Shown: positions 30,429 to 41,781, numbered from the stretch's first letter. The stretch: DNA of 64,000 nucleotides from Lysobacterales bacterium (GCA_013001885.1 JABDLD010000033.1:709-64708); one strand, 5' to 3'. Numbers and translations are program-made. The notes: generated from the sequence alone by a model not told the origin.

Positions 30429-31064
30429 ATGAAGAACCTGCGCGTAATACTTGCAGCTTTTGTGGCCGTTGGAGTCACTTTTGGCCTTTTTCTGTTCATG
30501 CATAAACTGATATCTTCGGGCAAAGACAAGCGAGCGGAGTTGGATGCAATCGCCGGCATTCATTTTGGCCCGGTCGAAATTCCTGATGAAATAATGACCA
30601 AGAGCCGGCGCAAGCCGCCGAAACCTCCGCCGCCAAAAGATCCTCCGCCGCCGCCTAAAATGCAGATCTCGAAAATGGATCAGCAGGTGCAGAATATGCC
30701 GCAAATGGACCTGCCTGACATCGATGTGCCAATGGCGGGCGGTGCAGGCATGTTTATCGGCAATTTTCAGAAAGTCGATCAGACCGCCGAGGGTGACATC
30801 ATCCCGGTGGTCGTGATCCGCCCGATGTATCCGAGGGAAGCCGCAATGAACGGCACCGAGGGTTGGGTCGAGGTGGAGTTCACGATCACCGAGGTCGGCA
30901 CGGTGAAAGACCCGCGGGTGATCGATGCCAAGCCGCCCAGGATTTTCAATCGGGAAGCTATTCGTGCAATTCTGAAATGGAAATTCAAGCCGCGCGTAAT
31001 CGACGGCGTGGCCGTGGAGCGGCGGGCAACGCAGATCATCGACTTCAATCTGGACGAGTCCTGA
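30429..31064 (+). CDS. tonB: Energy transducer TonB
   Basis: N-terminal TM anchor, a Pro-rich spacer (KPPKPPPPKDPPPPPK) and a C-terminal TonB domain (YPREAAMNGTEGWVEVEFTI). ATG at 30429; an alternative GTG lies at 30423. Confidence 0.8.
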   Translation: MKNLRVILAAFVAVGVTFGLFLFMHKLISSGKDKRAELDAIAGIHFGPVEIPDEIMTKSRRKPPKPPPPKDPPPPPKMQISKMDQQVQNMPQMDLPDIDVPMAGGAGMFIGNFQKVDQTAEGDIIPVVVIRPMYPREAAMNGTEGWVEVEFTITEVGTVKDPRVIDAKPPRIFNREAIRAILKWKFKPRVIDGVAVERRATQIIDFNLDES

Positions 31065-31071
31065 GGCCGGT

Positions 31072-32346
31072 ATGACGAAGCGCATTACGCTGAAGACAAT
31101 CACCGCTATCTGTTTGCTGATAGCCTCCTGTGGCGGGATCGGCGCTGTGCACGCCCAGTCGGACCTGTGCGGCGTGAAGCGCGATGTGGGAACCAAGGCG
31201 CTGGATGAAATCACCTGGAAACAGCTCAATGCTGTCTACGAGGACGTTGCCGAGGAAGAATACAATGAGGCCTACGATACTCTCCAGAGACTGCTGGGCC
31301 GTGCGGGGCGCGATACCTATCTGCAGGCTATCCTGAACCAGGCCCTGGCGCAGGTGGAGTGGTCCCGGGAGAATTACCTAGAGTCGCTGGCTTATTTCGA
31401 AAAAGCTGTCGAACTGGATGCGCTGCCCGACCAGACCCACTTCGCCCTGATGTATCAGATTGCACAGCTTTACTTCATGCAGGAACGGTACGACGAGGCT
31501 CTGGATCGCCTGGATTTGTGGTTCTGCAAGTCACCCGAGGACAAGATTACCTCGGCCGCATACGTGTTGCAGGCCTCGATCTATGCCGAGAAAGAAGACT
31601 ACAGCGGAGTGCTCACGGCGATCGACAAAGCCATTTCAATGGATGAGGATCCTCAGGAGTCGTGGTATCAGCTGAAGCTGGCCGCGCATTATGAACTGGA
31701 ACAGTACCCGCAAGCGGCAGAGACGCTTGAGGTCATGATCGCCCGGTGGCCCGACACGAAAATGTATTGGACCCAGCTTTCGCAGATCTACTATCGGCTT
31801 AAAAGAAACGAACGTTCCCTGGCCGTGATGGCCCTTGCGTACCGCAAAAGCCTGCTGGATAAACAGTCGGACCTGGTTTACCTGTCAAGCCTGTACAGCG
31901 GTTTAGACGTTCCTTTCAAGGCGGCGGAGGTCCTGCAAAAAGGAATCAGGGACGGGATCGTCGAGTCCGACAAATACCACTGGACCATCGTCGCGGAGTC
32001 CTGGTATGCCGCTGAAGAGCTGGAGCAATCGCTGGTCGCGTTCGAGCAGGCTGGGCGCGCTGCGGCTGACGGCGCTATTGACCTGCGCAGAGGTTTTATT
32101 CTGATCGACATGGAGCGCTGGCAGGCTGCGCTGGATGCACTCGACCGCGCGCTCGAAAAAGGCGGGCTGGATGAGCGCAAGACAGGTGAATCCTATCTTC
32201 TCAGGGGTATGGCCCAATTCAACCTGGGAAATTATGACAGCGCCAGCGCGGATTGGGGCAGGGCAGGACGTTACGAGAAAACCCGTGACGCGGCGCAGCA
32301 GTGGATGAATCATCTGAAGGAAGAGCGCAGGCGCCGCGCGTCGTGA
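31072..32346 (+). CDS. TPR-repeat periplasmic/lipoprotein (TtpD-like)
   Basis: Signal peptide with IASCGG, followed by repeated TPR-like helices. It is the terminal gene of the TonB2-type cluster. Confidence 0.6.
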   Translation: MTKRITLKTITAICLLIASCGGIGAVHAQSDLCGVKRDVGTKALDEITWKQLNAVYEDVAEEEYNEAYDTLQRLLGRAGRDTYLQAILNQALAQVEWSRENYLESLAYFEKAVELDALPDQTHFALMYQIAQLYFMQERYDEALDRLDLWFCKSPEDKITSAAYVLQASIYAEKEDYSGVLTAIDKAISMDEDPQESWYQLKLAAHYELEQYPQAAETLEVMIARWPDTKMYWTQLSQIYYRLKRNERSLAVMALAYRKSLLDKQSDLVYLSSLYSGLDVPFKAAEVLQKGIRDGIVESDKYHWTIVAESWYAAEELEQSLVAFEQAGRAAADGAIDLRRGFILIDMERWQAALDALDRALEKGGLDERKTGESYLLRGMAQFNLGNYDSASADWGRAGRYEKTRDAAQQWMNHLKEERRRRAS

Positions 32347-32394
32347 AGCCACACTCTCTGGTGTCACGCTGACCACTCCACGCAAAGACTGTTA

Positions 32395-33291
32395 ATGGCA
32401 AGCGGAGACGAACAACTGCTTGAACTTTTCCTCGATGCGGCCTGGGCCGAGCGCGGCCTGAGCAGCAACACGTTAAAAAGTTATCGTTACGACCTGGTCC
32501 AGCTCGCGCGGCATCTGGAATCCGCAAACAAGACGCTGATCGGCGCCAGCCGCGAGGATTTGCTGCATTTCCTGGCGGCGCAGGTACAGACCGGGCGGAG
32601 TCCCCGGTCCCTCTCCCGATACTTGTCCGGCTTCAGGCAGTTCTATCGCTGGCTGTTGCGCGAAGGCCGGATCAGGAAGGATCCTACCGCACTGATCGAA
32701 AGTCCCAAGCTGGGCAGGGGGCTGCCAAAAGCGCTGGACGAGACCCAGGTCGAGAAACTGCTGGAAGCGCCTGATACCGAAACTGCGCTGGGATTGCGTG
32801 ACCGCACCATGCTTGAGCTGATGTACGCGACGGGCCTCAGGGTCAGTGAATTAATCAAACTGGAAGCGGTGAACCTGAGCATGAACCAGGGCGTTGTGCG
32901 CGTCATGGGCAAGGGTGGAAAAGAGCGACTGGTGCCGCTCGGCGAAGAGGCGCTCGCATGGCTGCAACGGTATCTGCGGGAGTCCCGGCCCGAGATGATG
33001 CGAGGCGGAGATTGCCCGCAGGTGTTCGTGACGGGGCGGCGCGCAGGCATGACCCGGCAGGCTTTCTGGCACTCAATCCGCAAGCACGCCGCACAGGCCG
33101 GTATTGCCCGACCGGTATCTCCACACATGCTCAGGCACTCATTCGCCACCCATCTACTGAATCACGGGGCAGACCTCAGGGTTGTGCAATTGTTGCTCGG
33201 GCATAGTGATCTTTCGACCACTCAGATATATACTCACATCGCCCGCGAAGGGCTCAAGCGCCTGCACCGTGAACACCATCCAAGAGGTTGA
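32395..33291 (+). CDS. xerD: Tyrosine recombinase XerD
   Basis: Catalytic motifs ATGLRVSE, HMLRHSFATHLL and LLGHSDLSTTQIYTH. xerD-dsbC synteny indicates a housekeeping gene, not a mobile element. Confidence 0.85.
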   Translation: MASGDEQLLELFLDAAWAERGLSSNTLKSYRYDLVQLARHLESANKTLIGASREDLLHFLAAQVQTGRSPRSLSRYLSGFRQFYRWLLREGRIRKDPTALIESPKLGRGLPKALDETQVEKLLEAPDTETALGLRDRTMLELMYATGLRVSELIKLEAVNLSMNQGVVRVMGKGGKERLVPLGEEALAWLQRYLRESRPEMMRGGDCPQVFVTGRRAGMTRQAFWHSIRKHAAQAGIARPVSPHMLRHSFATHLLNHGADLRVVQLLLGHSDLSTTQIYTHIAREGLKRLHREHHPRG

Positions 33292-33428
33292 ACGATTTTC
33301 AAAAGAAGCGGTCTGTAGGAGAGCGCAAAGTACAGGCCGCTCCCAGGCGGGCCGCATGCGAGGTTGAGCGCAACAGACTCACGCCGCACAGGGCTGTGAG
33401 CGGGCACAAATACACAACGAGGTTAAAT

Positions 33429-34163
33429 ATGAGGCACTTCACAACCACAATAACAGGCTTGCTACTCGCCGTTTCCGCAACGGTCCACGCCCAGGATAAC
33501 TACAGCGCCGTCGAGGAAAAGATCAGAAGTCTCGCGCCGGGCGCTGAGTCTATTGCAATTTCAGAGACTCCCATCAACGGGATCCTGATGGTGCAGGTCA
33601 GCGGTGACGTCGTTTACATGACGGAGGACGGCAAGTTTCTGATCCAGGGCCGCGTGGTGAATACAGAGACGCGCGAAGACTTGACCGAAACCGCCAAGGC
33701 CGAAGGCCGACGGGAATTGCTGTCCGGAATCGAAACGGAAAAGCAGATCACTTTTTCGCCTGAAAACCCCGACTATGAATTGACCGTATTTACCGATATC
33801 GACTGCGGCTATTGCCGGAAACTCCACGCTCAGGTCGAGGAATACAAAGCCAACGGCATCGCGATTCATTACATGGCCTTTCCGCGGGCAGGCATCGGTT
33901 CGCGGTCCTATGAGAAAGCCGTATCGGTCTGGTGTGCAGACGACCAGCAGGATGCAATGACCCAGGCCAAGATGGGCGCCGATCCGGATCCGATGCAGTG
34001 TGAAAATCCAATCGCGGAACAGTACCAGCTCGGCATGGCTCTCGGCGTGACCGGAACGCCTGCCCTGTTGACCGCCGACGGGACCCTGATTCCGGGCTAC
34101 GTCCCACCGGAGCAGTTGCGTGAACGGCTCGATAAAATGGTTGCCGCTCCCGCCTCTGAGTAA
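33429..34163 (+). CDS. dsbC: Thiol:disulfide interchange protein DsbC
   Basis: The start is trimmed to the ATG at 33429, which gives a signal peptide ending in VHAQ. DCGYCRKLH (CxxC) active site and a GTPA cis-Pro loop. Confidence 0.8.
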   Translation: MRHFTTTITGLLLAVSATVHAQDNYSAVEEKIRSLAPGAESIAISETPINGILMVQVSGDVVYMTEDGKFLIQGRVVNTETREDLTETAKAEGRRELLSGIETEKQITFSPENPDYELTVFTDIDCGYCRKLHAQVEEYKANGIAIHYMAFPRAGIGSRSYEKAVSVWCADDQQDAMTQAKMGADPDPMQCENPIAEQYQLGMALGVTGTPALLTADGTLIPGYVPPEQLRERLDKMVAAPASE

Positions 34164-34249
34164 GCAAATAATTCGTTACTGGGTTAAACTTATTCTCCAG
34201 AAAGCCGGCGCCTAACGCCGGCTGGTTGCAATGATCCGGGAGTACTGTT

Positions 34250-37200
34250 TTGTCAGCATTCACCTGCCTGCTGGGAGAATCCGCCCTTTCTGACTTTCGT
34301 AAACGTAAACTGGTCCAAAGGATCAACGACGTCGCCGGATCCGCGCCGGCTTTGGAAGCTTTTTTTGTTTACCTTGTCGAATCGGATGAGCCGCTGACAG
34401 AGCCGGTGTCTGGCGCACTGCGCGACCTGCTGCACGGTGAGCCCGTGAAGGAGCTCGAACGTGATGGTTTGTTGCTCGTCGTGCCCAGGCTGGGCACTCA
34501 ATCCCCATGGTCTACCAAGGCCACCGATATTGCCCGTCGTTGCGGACTCGAAACCGTGCTCAGGATTGAACGCGGCGTCGCTTACTCTCTACCGGGTTTT
34601 TTCGGTACGAAACGCGCAGCAGCCAGCGGCGAGTTACACGACCGGATGACCCAGTCGGTGCTCGAGTCACTGCAGGATGCCCATGAGTTGTTCCGGCATA
34701 ATCCGCCCAGAAATCTCGGCTACATACCTGCATCTTCCGAGGGGGCTGCTGCCCTGCGAAAAGCGGATCGTGACCTGGGCCTTGCGCTGTCGGAGGATGA
34801 AATAGACTACCTGGTGGAGGCGTTCGGCAAGATGGGCCGGGATCCAAGCGATGCCGAGTTGATGATGTTTGCGCAGGCCAATTCAGAGCACTGCAGGCAC
34901 AAAATTTTCAATGCGAACTGGACCATCGACGGCGAGCAGCTGGACCAGACGCTGTTCGGGATGATTCGCAACACGTACAACTGTTCACCAAACGGCATTC
35001 TATCAGCGTATCACGATAATTCGGCTGTGCTCAGCGGGCCGGAGGGCGACCGGTTCATGATCGATCCCGACTCGGGGGTTTACGGCTGGACCCGTGAATC
35101 ACTGCCTTTCCAGATAAAGGTTGAGACGCATAATCATCCTACCGCCATATCGCCGTTTCCCGGTGCAGCGACGGGATCCGGTGGCGAAATTCGAGACGAA
35201 GCGGCTACCGGCCGCGGCGCGCGGCCCAAAGCGGGATTGACTGGATTTTCGGTCTCTCACCTGGATATTCCCGGTCACCGTTTTCCCTGGCGTCGCGATT
35301 TTGGCAAACCGGACCGCATCGCCAGTCCTCTGGAGATCATGATCGAAGGCCCAATAGGTGGCGCGTCCTTTAATAACGAGTTTGGGCGTCCGGCCCTGTG
35401 CGGCTATTTCCGCACTTTTGAACAGGAGATTGACGGGGCGGTATGGGGTTACCACAAGCCGATCATGATTGCGGGCGGCATGGGTACCATCCGTGAACAG
35501 CACGTGGATAAGCTGCCGTTGAAACCCGGCGCGCACGTCGTTGTACTTGGCGGGCCCGCGATGTTGATCGGTCTGGGCGGCGGAGCGGCTTCATCCGTCG
35601 GCAGCGGACAGGGGCAGGAAGAACTCGATTACGCCTCGGTGCAGCGGGGCAATCCCGAAATGGAGCGGCGCTGCCAGGAAGTGATCGATGCCTGCTGGGC
35701 CATGGGTGAAAACAATCCGGCCCTGTCGATTCATGATGTTGGCGCAGGCGGATTATCGAACGCGCTGCCCGAACTGCTCAATGACGGCGGCCACGGCGGT
35801 GAACTTGAGCTGCGCCGTGTTCCCAGCGCTGATTCGTCAATGTCGCCAATGGAGATTTGGTGCAACGAATCCCAGGAACGCTATGTGCTCGCCATTGAGC
35901 CGGCAAAGCTGGAAATTTTTGAAGCGATGTGCCGGCGCGAACGCTGCCCGTTTGCAGTACTGGGTCAGGCAACTGCGGCCCGGCAACTTAAACTGAATGA
36001 CGAATTACTCGGAAATTCACCGGTGGACATGCCGCTAGAGGTACTGCTGGGTAAGCCGCCACGGATGTTCCGCGAGGCAGAACGTCTGGCGTTCAGCGGC
36101 GATAATTTGAAAACATCGGAACTTGACCTGGCGGAGTCCCTGCGACGGGTGCTGCGGTTTCCTTGCGTCGGCAGCAAGTCGTTCCTTGTGACCATTGGAG
36201 ACCGCACCGTTGGCGGTCTGGTGACACGCGACCAGATGGTCGGGCCTTGGCAGGTTCCCGTGGCGGACACCGCGGTGACGCTCAGTGGTTTCAAGAGTGA
36301 CACAGGAGAAGCCATGGCGATGGGGGAGCGGACACCGCTTGCCGTATTGGATGCGCCCGCTTCCGGGCGCATGGCTGTTGCCGAAGCTCTGACCAACATT
36401 GCAGCCGCGTCAATCGAGGATATTTCCAGGGTTCGCCTGTCCGCTAACTGGATGGCGGCAGCCGGAGAACCGGGGCAGGAAGGCGCATTATTCGACACCG
36501 TCAAAGCGGTGGGACTCGACGTGTGCCCTGAACTGGGCGTGGCGATACCGGTCGGCAAGGACTCCTTGTCGATGAAAACAGTCTGGCACGACGAAACCGG
36601 TGAGCGGCGCATGCTGGCGCCGGTATCCCTGATCGTCTCGGCTTTTGCGCCGGTTGAAAACGTGCATCTCACTCTGACGCCTCAGTTGGATTGCACCGGG
36701 GAAGACACCCGGTTGCTGCTGCTGGACCTGGGCAATGGGCGCAATCGAATGGGCGGCTCCGCACTGGCGCAGGTTCACGGATTGTTCGGTCGGGAAGTCC
36801 CTGACCTCGACCATCCGGAACAGCTCAAGCGTTTTTTCAATGCCATCCAGTCGCTGAACCGGTCCGGCTTGCTCCGGGCCTATCACGACCGCTCCGACGG
36901 CGGCGCCGCTGCAACCCTTTGCGAGATGGCTTTCGCCTCGCACTGCGGCCTGCAATTGACGCCTGGCGTCCCCGCGAACCGGTTGCTGGACTTCCTGTTT
37001 ACCGAAGAGCCTGGTGCGGTGGTGCAGATTCGTGCTCGTGACCTGGCGGAAATCACGGCTCGCCTGACGGCCGCTGGCCTGGACGGAATCATGCACGATC
37101 TGGGACGTCCCGTTCCGGGCGACCGCCTGACCATCCATGTCGGCGATGACTGTGTCGTGGATGAGGATCTGCCGGGATTGCAGCGCCTGTGGTTCGAGAC

Positions 37201-38110
37201 CAGCCATGCGGTGCAGCGCATCAGGGATAACCCCGAGTGCGCCGACCAGGAACTGGAGTCTGCTTGTGACTGGCGCAAGCCGGGGATGAACCCCCGGCTC
37301 ACCTATGCTGCGGAAGAAAACCCCGCCGCACCCATGATCGCTCATGGCGCGAGGCCCGCAGTTGCCATCCTGAGAGAACAAGGCGTCAACGGCCACACAG
37401 AAATGGCGGCCGCATTCGATTTGGCCGGGTTCGATGCGACCGATGTTCATATGTCCGATATTGCGGAAGGCCGGAGAAGCCTGGACTCGTTCTCCGGTTT
37501 CGTCGCTTGCGGCGGTTTTTCCTACGGCGACGTGCTGGGCGCCGGCCGTGGTTGGGCCAAGTCGATTCTGTTCCAGGAATCACTGCGTGAGCAGTTCGGT
37601 GTTTTCCTGGCCGATCCTTCGCGGTTTGCTCTTGGCGTGTGTAACGGTTGCCAGATGTTGTCCGCGCTGAAAGAACTCATTCCGGGCGCTGAAGCTTGGC
37701 CTGATTTTATCGGCAATCGCTCGGAGCAGTTCGAGGGGCGGCTCAGCCTGGTCCGGGTTGAAGAATCCGCATCCCTCTTTCTGCGCGGCATGGCGGGGTC
37801 GGTTCTTCCGGTAGCAACCGCTCATGGCGAAGGGCGCGCAGTATTCGCAGGCGAAAGGCCGGATGAGAGTCTGATAGCCGTTCGTTACGTTGACAGCAGA
37901 GGCGGAGCAACCGAACATTACCCTGAAAACCCGAATGGATCCGAAGCGGGCGTGACGGGATTGTGCAATGAGGACGGACGGGTGACCATCTTGATGCCCC
38001 ATCCGGAAAGAGCACTCAGGAGCGTCAATTTTTCGTGGGCGCCCGGGGAGTGGAGCGATGTTTCCCCGTGGCGGAGAATGTTTTTGAATGCGCGCCGCTG
38101 GATCGGCTGA
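34250..38110 (+). CDS. purL: Phosphoribosylformylglycinamidine synthase (single-chain large PurL)
   Basis: 1286 aa with a TTG start. It has an FGAM synthase core and a C-terminal glutaminase domain (GVCNGCQM, catalytic Cys). Confidence 0.95.
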   Translation: MSAFTCLLGESALSDFRKRKLVQRINDVAGSAPALEAFFVYLVESDEPLTEPVSGALRDLLHGEPVKELERDGLLLVVPRLGTQSPWSTKATDIARRCGLETVLRIERGVAYSLPGFFGTKRAAASGELHDRMTQSVLESLQDAHELFRHNPPRNLGYIPASSEGAAALRKADRDLGLALSEDEIDYLVEAFGKMGRDPSDAELMMFAQANSEHCRHKIFNANWTIDGEQLDQTLFGMIRNTYNCSPNGILSAYHDNSAVLSGPEGDRFMIDPDSGVYGWTRESLPFQIKVETHNHPTAISPFPGAATGSGGEIRDEAATGRGARPKAGLTGFSVSHLDIPGHRFPWRRDFGKPDRIASPLEIMIEGPIGGASFNNEFGRPALCGYFRTFEQEIDGAVWGYHKPIMIAGGMGTIREQHVDKLPLKPGAHVVVLGGPAMLIGLGGGAASSVGSGQGQEELDYASVQRGNPEMERRCQEVIDACWAMGENNPALSIHDVGAGGLSNALPELLNDGGHGGELELRRVPSADSSMSPMEIWCNESQERYVLAIEPAKLEIFEAMCRRERCPFAVLGQATAARQLKLNDELLGNSPVDMPLEVLLGKPPRMFREAERLAFSGDNLKTSELDLAESLRRVLRFPCVGSKSFLVTIGDRTVGGLVTRDQMVGPWQVPVADTAVTLSGFKSDTGEAMAMGERTPLAVLDAPASGRMAVAEALTNIAAASIEDISRVRLSANWMAAAGEPGQEGALFDTVKAVGLDVCPELGVAIPVGKDSLSMKTVWHDETGERRMLAPVSLIVSAFAPVENVHLTLTPQLDCTGEDTRLLLLDLGNGRNRMGGSALAQVHGLFGREVPDLDHPEQLKRFFNAIQSLNRSGLLRAYHDRSDGGAAATLCEMAFASHCGLQLTPGVPANRLLDFLFTEEPGAVVQIRARDLAEITARLTAAGLDGIMHDLGRPVPGDRLTIHVGDDCVVDEDLPGLQRLWFETSHAVQRIRDNPECADQELESACDWRKPGMNPRLTYAAEENPAAPMIAHGARPAVAILREQGVNGHTEMAAAFDLAGFDATDVHMSDIAEGRRSLDSFSGFVACGGFSYGDVLGAGRGWAKSILFQESLREQFGVFLADPSRFALGVCNGCQMLSALKELIPGAEAWPDFIGNRSEQFEGRLSLVRVEESASLFLRGMAGSVLPVATAHGEGRAVFAGERPDESLIAVRYVDSRGGATEHYPENPNGSEAGVTGLCNEDGRVTILMPHPERALRSVNFSWAPGEWSDVSPWRRMFLNARRWIG

Positions 38111-38113
38111 CCT

Positions 38114-38773
38114 ATGGTGGACGAAATGGAGAAAGCGCCGTCTGGCGAGCCAAAAGAAGAACTCAAGCTCAGTGAATTGCTGATTCTTGCATCCATGTGG
38201 ATGCTGTTCGGTTTCATGCTGTGGTTTTACCTTTCGGCGTTTCACGGTGCCCCGGCGCGCATGGCCGCTGACGCCATTCTCAGTTACCTTCTCGAAAGCG
38301 ATTTCTCACGCATCATCGTCGAACCGAATCAGCATTTTCTGTTCCAGGTAGAAACAGCGATCCAGTTCACCTTTAGGGACGGCACCACCGACGCGCTCGG
38401 TTTCGTGGTGAATCCGCTTATTTTCAGTTACGGCCTGCCGCTGTTGTTCGGCCTGGTCATGGGGTCGGACGTCAGCTGGCTGCGCAAGGCGGTCATCATG
38501 CTGATTGGTTATGGCGTGATCACGGCGGTACAGATCTGGGGTGTAGTGTTTGAATCGCTCAAGATGCTGGCATTCAACTTTGGTGAACCTACCCATGCCG
38601 TCGTCACCGCGCACGGTATTTCCGATACCACCATTGCACTGGGTTATCAGCTGGGCACGCTCATTTTTCCCGCGTTGGCGCCCATCTTCGTCTGGGTGTT
38701 GACTAACAGGCCGCTGGTGGAGCAGTTTGTCGGCTGGCAAGTGGGCGAGATGAACCAGAAGTGGAACCGATAA
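38114..38773 (+). CDS. Polytopic inner-membrane protein of unknown function
   Basis: 219 aa with about 4-5 hydrophobic helices and no motif I can assign. Starts 3 nt after the purL stop, immediately upstream of gspE. Confidence 0.5.
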   Translation: MVDEMEKAPSGEPKEELKLSELLILASMWMLFGFMLWFYLSAFHGAPARMAADAILSYLLESDFSRIIVEPNQHFLFQVETAIQFTFRDGTTDALGFVVNPLIFSYGLPLLFGLVMGSDVSWLRKAVIMLIGYGVITAVQIWGVVFESLKMLAFNFGEPTHAVVTAHGISDTTIALGYQLGTLIFPALAPIFVWVLTNRPLVEQFVGWQVGEMNQKWNR

Positions 38774-38827
38774 TTCATCCCGGTGTCTCTGCTGTGAGAC
38801 AATGAACGGTAAACAGGAAGTCCCCAA

Positions 38828-40567
38828 TTGCAGGCAAACGAAGAAACAATAGAATCCAGGCCGGCGGGCGTTAGCCCGGCGGAGGGCATGAACGACCCTG
38901 TCTGTGCCTACTTGCTGGACAATCGCAGGCTTAAGTCTGCCGACCTGAAGAGAGCGGTGAGCTACCAGGAGCAGCACGGCGGCAATCTGGTTACTCTACT
39001 GGTGCGTTTGGGCCTGGCCTCCGAGCACGATGTGGCCGAGGCTGAGTCAGCTTTGCTCGAAATACCGCTCATTCGCACCGCGGACTTGCCGGACGAGGCG
39101 CCGGAACTGCCCGGGATTTCAGTCCGCTATCTGAAACAGAACCTGATCCTGCCGATCGAAGAAACAAACGGCGATCTTGTCGTCGTCATGGCCAACCCCA
39201 GGGATGAATTTGCGCGCAAGGCACTGACCATGGCGAGTGGGAAAAACATCGTCCCCAGGGTCGGGATTGCATCCGAGATTGAAAACGGCATCGAGAAGTT
39301 GATGGGCGGCGGGCGTAGCGCAATGGGCCAGATCGTGGAGAGTCTGGGAGGTGAAGAAGACGGCGATATCGAGGATGTTGAACACCTCAGGGACCTCGCC
39401 TCGGAAGCCCCGGTTATCCGCCTGGTTAACCTGATCATGCAGCGGGCAGTCGAAGGTCGTGCCTCTGACATCCACATCGAACCGTTTGAAAACCGCCTGA
39501 AGGTCCGCTACCGGATAGATGGCGTTCTGCAGGAAGTCGAAGCCCCCCCGGCCAAATCTACCGCTGCGGTCATCAGCCGCATCAAGATCATGGCAAAATT
39601 GAATATTGCGGAAAGGCGCCTGCCGCAGGACGGTCGCATCATGCATCGCGTGCAGGGCAAGGAACTCGATCTGCGTGTCTCCACGGTGCCGACTTCGCAC
39701 GGAGAAAGCGTGGTCATGCGTATTCTCGACCGGGAAAGTGTCGTACTCGATTTCGACTCGCTCGGTTTCGATGATGAAATAAGGTCCGGATTCGTGCGCC
39801 ACCTGGAGATGCCGCACGGCATCATTCTCGTTACCGGCCCGACCGGGTCGGGTAAGACGACAACACTTTATACGGCGCTCAGCGCTCTGAACACGCCCGA
39901 GAGAAAAATCATCACGGTGGAAGATCCGGTTGAATACCAGCTTGAGGGGATCAACCAGATCCAGGCGAAAGCCTCGATCGGGCTGGATTTTGCCCACGCG
40001 CTCAGGTCCATCGTGAGGCAGGATCCCGACGTCATCATGATCGGTGAGATGCGCGATCTTGAAACTGCGCGAATCGCCATTCAGTCGGCGCTCACCGGCC
40101 ATCTCGTCCTGTCGACCATTCACACCAACGATGCGGCGGGCGGGGTAACGCGCATGCTGGACATGGGAGTGGAGGACTACCTCCTGACCTCCACCGTCAA
40201 TGCCATCCTGGCGCAAAGATTGGTCCGAACGCTGGATCCGGTCAGCCGGGAAGCTTACGAGCTGCTGCCTGAAGTCTCGCAGGAACTGGGCCTTGCGGAG
40301 CTCGAAGGTCAGGAGCGTTACCGGTTTTACCACGCTCGGGCTACTACGGAGAATCCAACCGGTTATCGCGGACGAACTTCGATCCTGGAATTGCTGGAGA
40401 TGTCCGACCCGGTCAGACGTCTTGTGATGCGGCACGCAACTTCCGGCGAAATACAGGACCAGGCGGTCGCTGAAGGCATGAGAACCATGTACGAGGATGG
40501 TTTGATCAAATGCCAGAAGGGCATTACGACGTTGGAAGAAGTGCTCAGGGTCACGCAGGAGTCCTGA
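38828..40567 (+). CDS. gspE: Type II secretion ATPase GspE (Xps-type, no tetracysteine motif)
   Basis: Walker A GPTGSGKTT, Asp box, Walker B (DPDVIMIGEMRD) and His box (GHLVLSTIHTN), with an N-terminal T2SSE_N-like domain. TTG start at 38828 with AGGAAG RBS; an alternative ATG lies at 38888. Confidence 0.9.
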   Translation: MQANEETIESRPAGVSPAEGMNDPVCAYLLDNRRLKSADLKRAVSYQEQHGGNLVTLLVRLGLASEHDVAEAESALLEIPLIRTADLPDEAPELPGISVRYLKQNLILPIEETNGDLVVVMANPRDEFARKALTMASGKNIVPRVGIASEIENGIEKLMGGGRSAMGQIVESLGGEEDGDIEDVEHLRDLASEAPVIRLVNLIMQRAVEGRASDIHIEPFENRLKVRYRIDGVLQEVEAPPAKSTAAVISRIKIMAKLNIAERRLPQDGRIMHRVQGKELDLRVSTVPTSHGESVVMRILDRESVVLDFDSLGFDDEIRSGFVRHLEMPHGIILVTGPTGSGKTTTLYTALSALNTPERKIITVEDPVEYQLEGINQIQAKASIGLDFAHALRSIVRQDPDVIMIGEMRDLETARIAIQSALTGHLVLSTIHTNDAAGGVTRMLDMGVEDYLLTSTVNAILAQRLVRTLDPVSREAYELLPEVSQELGLAELEGQERYRFYHARATTENPTGYRGRTSILELLEMSDPVRRLVMRHATSGEIQDQAVAEGMRTMYEDGLIKCQKGITTLEEVLRVTQES

Positions 40568-41781
40568 TGCCGCTTTTTGAATACAAAGCCGTGGCGCCCA
40601 GCGGTGAAACCGTCCAGGGCACGATGGAAGCGGGATCGCTGGACATGGTCGTCCTGAAGTTGCAGGAAGCCGGGAATATCCCGCTGCACGCCCGAGAGCA
40701 GGGCGCCGGTGGCTTCAGCCTGTCTGCTCTGCGAATGGGCCGGCGCGGGATGAATGCGCGTGAAGTGGGTGAATTTACCCAGCAGTTGTCCACGCTACTG
40801 GTTGCCGGCCTGCCGCTTGACCGCTCTCTTCAGGTCATGCTGGAGCTGTCGGAAAACGAGCGGGTTAATCGTACGGTGACCGAGATACGGGACCGCGTAA
40901 GGAGCGGCGGCAGCCTGTCAGATGCGCTGGAGGAGCAACACGGCGCATTCAACCGGCTGTTCGTCAATATGGTTCGGGCCGGTGAAGTAGGCGGCACGCT
41001 TGATGTCACGCTGTCGCGTTTGACGGATTATCTCGAGCGGTCGCGCGATCTGAAGGACAGTATCATTTCGGCACTGATTTACCCGATATTGCTGCTGGTG
41101 CTGGCGGCAGGCTCGTTGATACTGCTGCTGGTTTACGTCATTCCGCAGTTCACCCCTATCTTCGAGGAACTGGGTGGCGACCTGCCGCTCATTACCAAGC
41201 TGGTGCTGGGTGTGGGTTCGATACTGCAAAATTTCTGGTGGGCGATTGTGCTGGTTACGTTCCTGGTCGTGATGCAGTTCCGCCGGATGCTGGCCGACCC
41301 GGAAAAGCGGTTTGCGTGGGACACCCGTGTGCTGTCGATGAAGTGGGTGGGTGACCTGGTAGGCAAAATTGAAATTGCGCGACTCAGCCGCACGCTGGGC
41401 ACTCTGCTGACCAATGGCGTGCCGTTGCTCGGGGCACTTTCCATCGCGCGTAATGTCCTAAGCAATACGGTTTTGAGAAAAGACGTCACCGATGCGTCTC
41501 GCGAAGTGAAAACCGGCGGCAGCCTGGCCCATAATCTGGCCAAAAGCGGACGTTTCCCCCGCCTGGCGCTGCAGATGATCAGCGTCGGGGAAGAAACCGG
41601 GCAACTGGACGCGATGCTGCTCAAGGTTTCGGACACCTACGATGTCGAGGTCCGGAACACCATTGACCGGCTTTTGTCGGTTTTTACTCCGGTTGTTACG
41701 CTTTTGCTCGCTGTGTTGATCGGCACGATCGTTTTGTCTGTGCTGGTGGCGATACTGAGCATCAATGACCTCGTGGGCTGA
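40567..41781 (+). CDS. gspF: Type II secretion inner-membrane platform protein GspF
   Basis: ATGA overlap with gspE. MPLFEYKAV start, a duplicated T2SSF domain and three TM segments. Confidence 0.9.
   Translation: MPLFEYKAVAPSGETVQGTMEAGSLDMVVLKLQEAGNIPLHAREQGAGGFSLSALRMGRRGMNAREVGEFTQQLSTLLVAGLPLDRSLQVMLELSENERVNRTVTEIRDRVRSGGSLSDALEEQHGAFNRLFVNMVRAGEVGGTLDVTLSRLTDYLERSRDLKDSIISALIYPILLLVLAAGSLILLLVYVIPQFTPIFEELGGDLPLITKLVLGVGSILQNFWWAIVLVTFLVVMQFRRMLADPEKRFAWDTRVLSMKWVGDLVGKIEIARLSRTLGTLLTNGVPLLGALSIARNVLSNTVLRKDVTDASREVKTGGSLAHNLAKSGRFPRLALQMISVGEETGQLDAMLLKVSDTYDVEVRNTIDRLLSVFTPVVTLLLAVLIGTIVLSVLVAILSINDLVG

Noticed and set aside
32395-33291. Tyrosine recombinase, considered as a marker of an integrative mobile element.
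   Set aside because: The sequence and the xerD-dsbC synteny identify housekeeping XerD. No att-like repeats, tRNA target or phage/ICE genes flank it.
33292-33428. Imperfect hairpin (gcggtctgta...tacaggccgc) between xerD and dsbC, considered as a terminator or regulatory RNA.
   Set aside because: The stem has a mismatch, the loop is 13 nt, and no T-run follows. This is insufficient evidence for a terminator or structured RNA.
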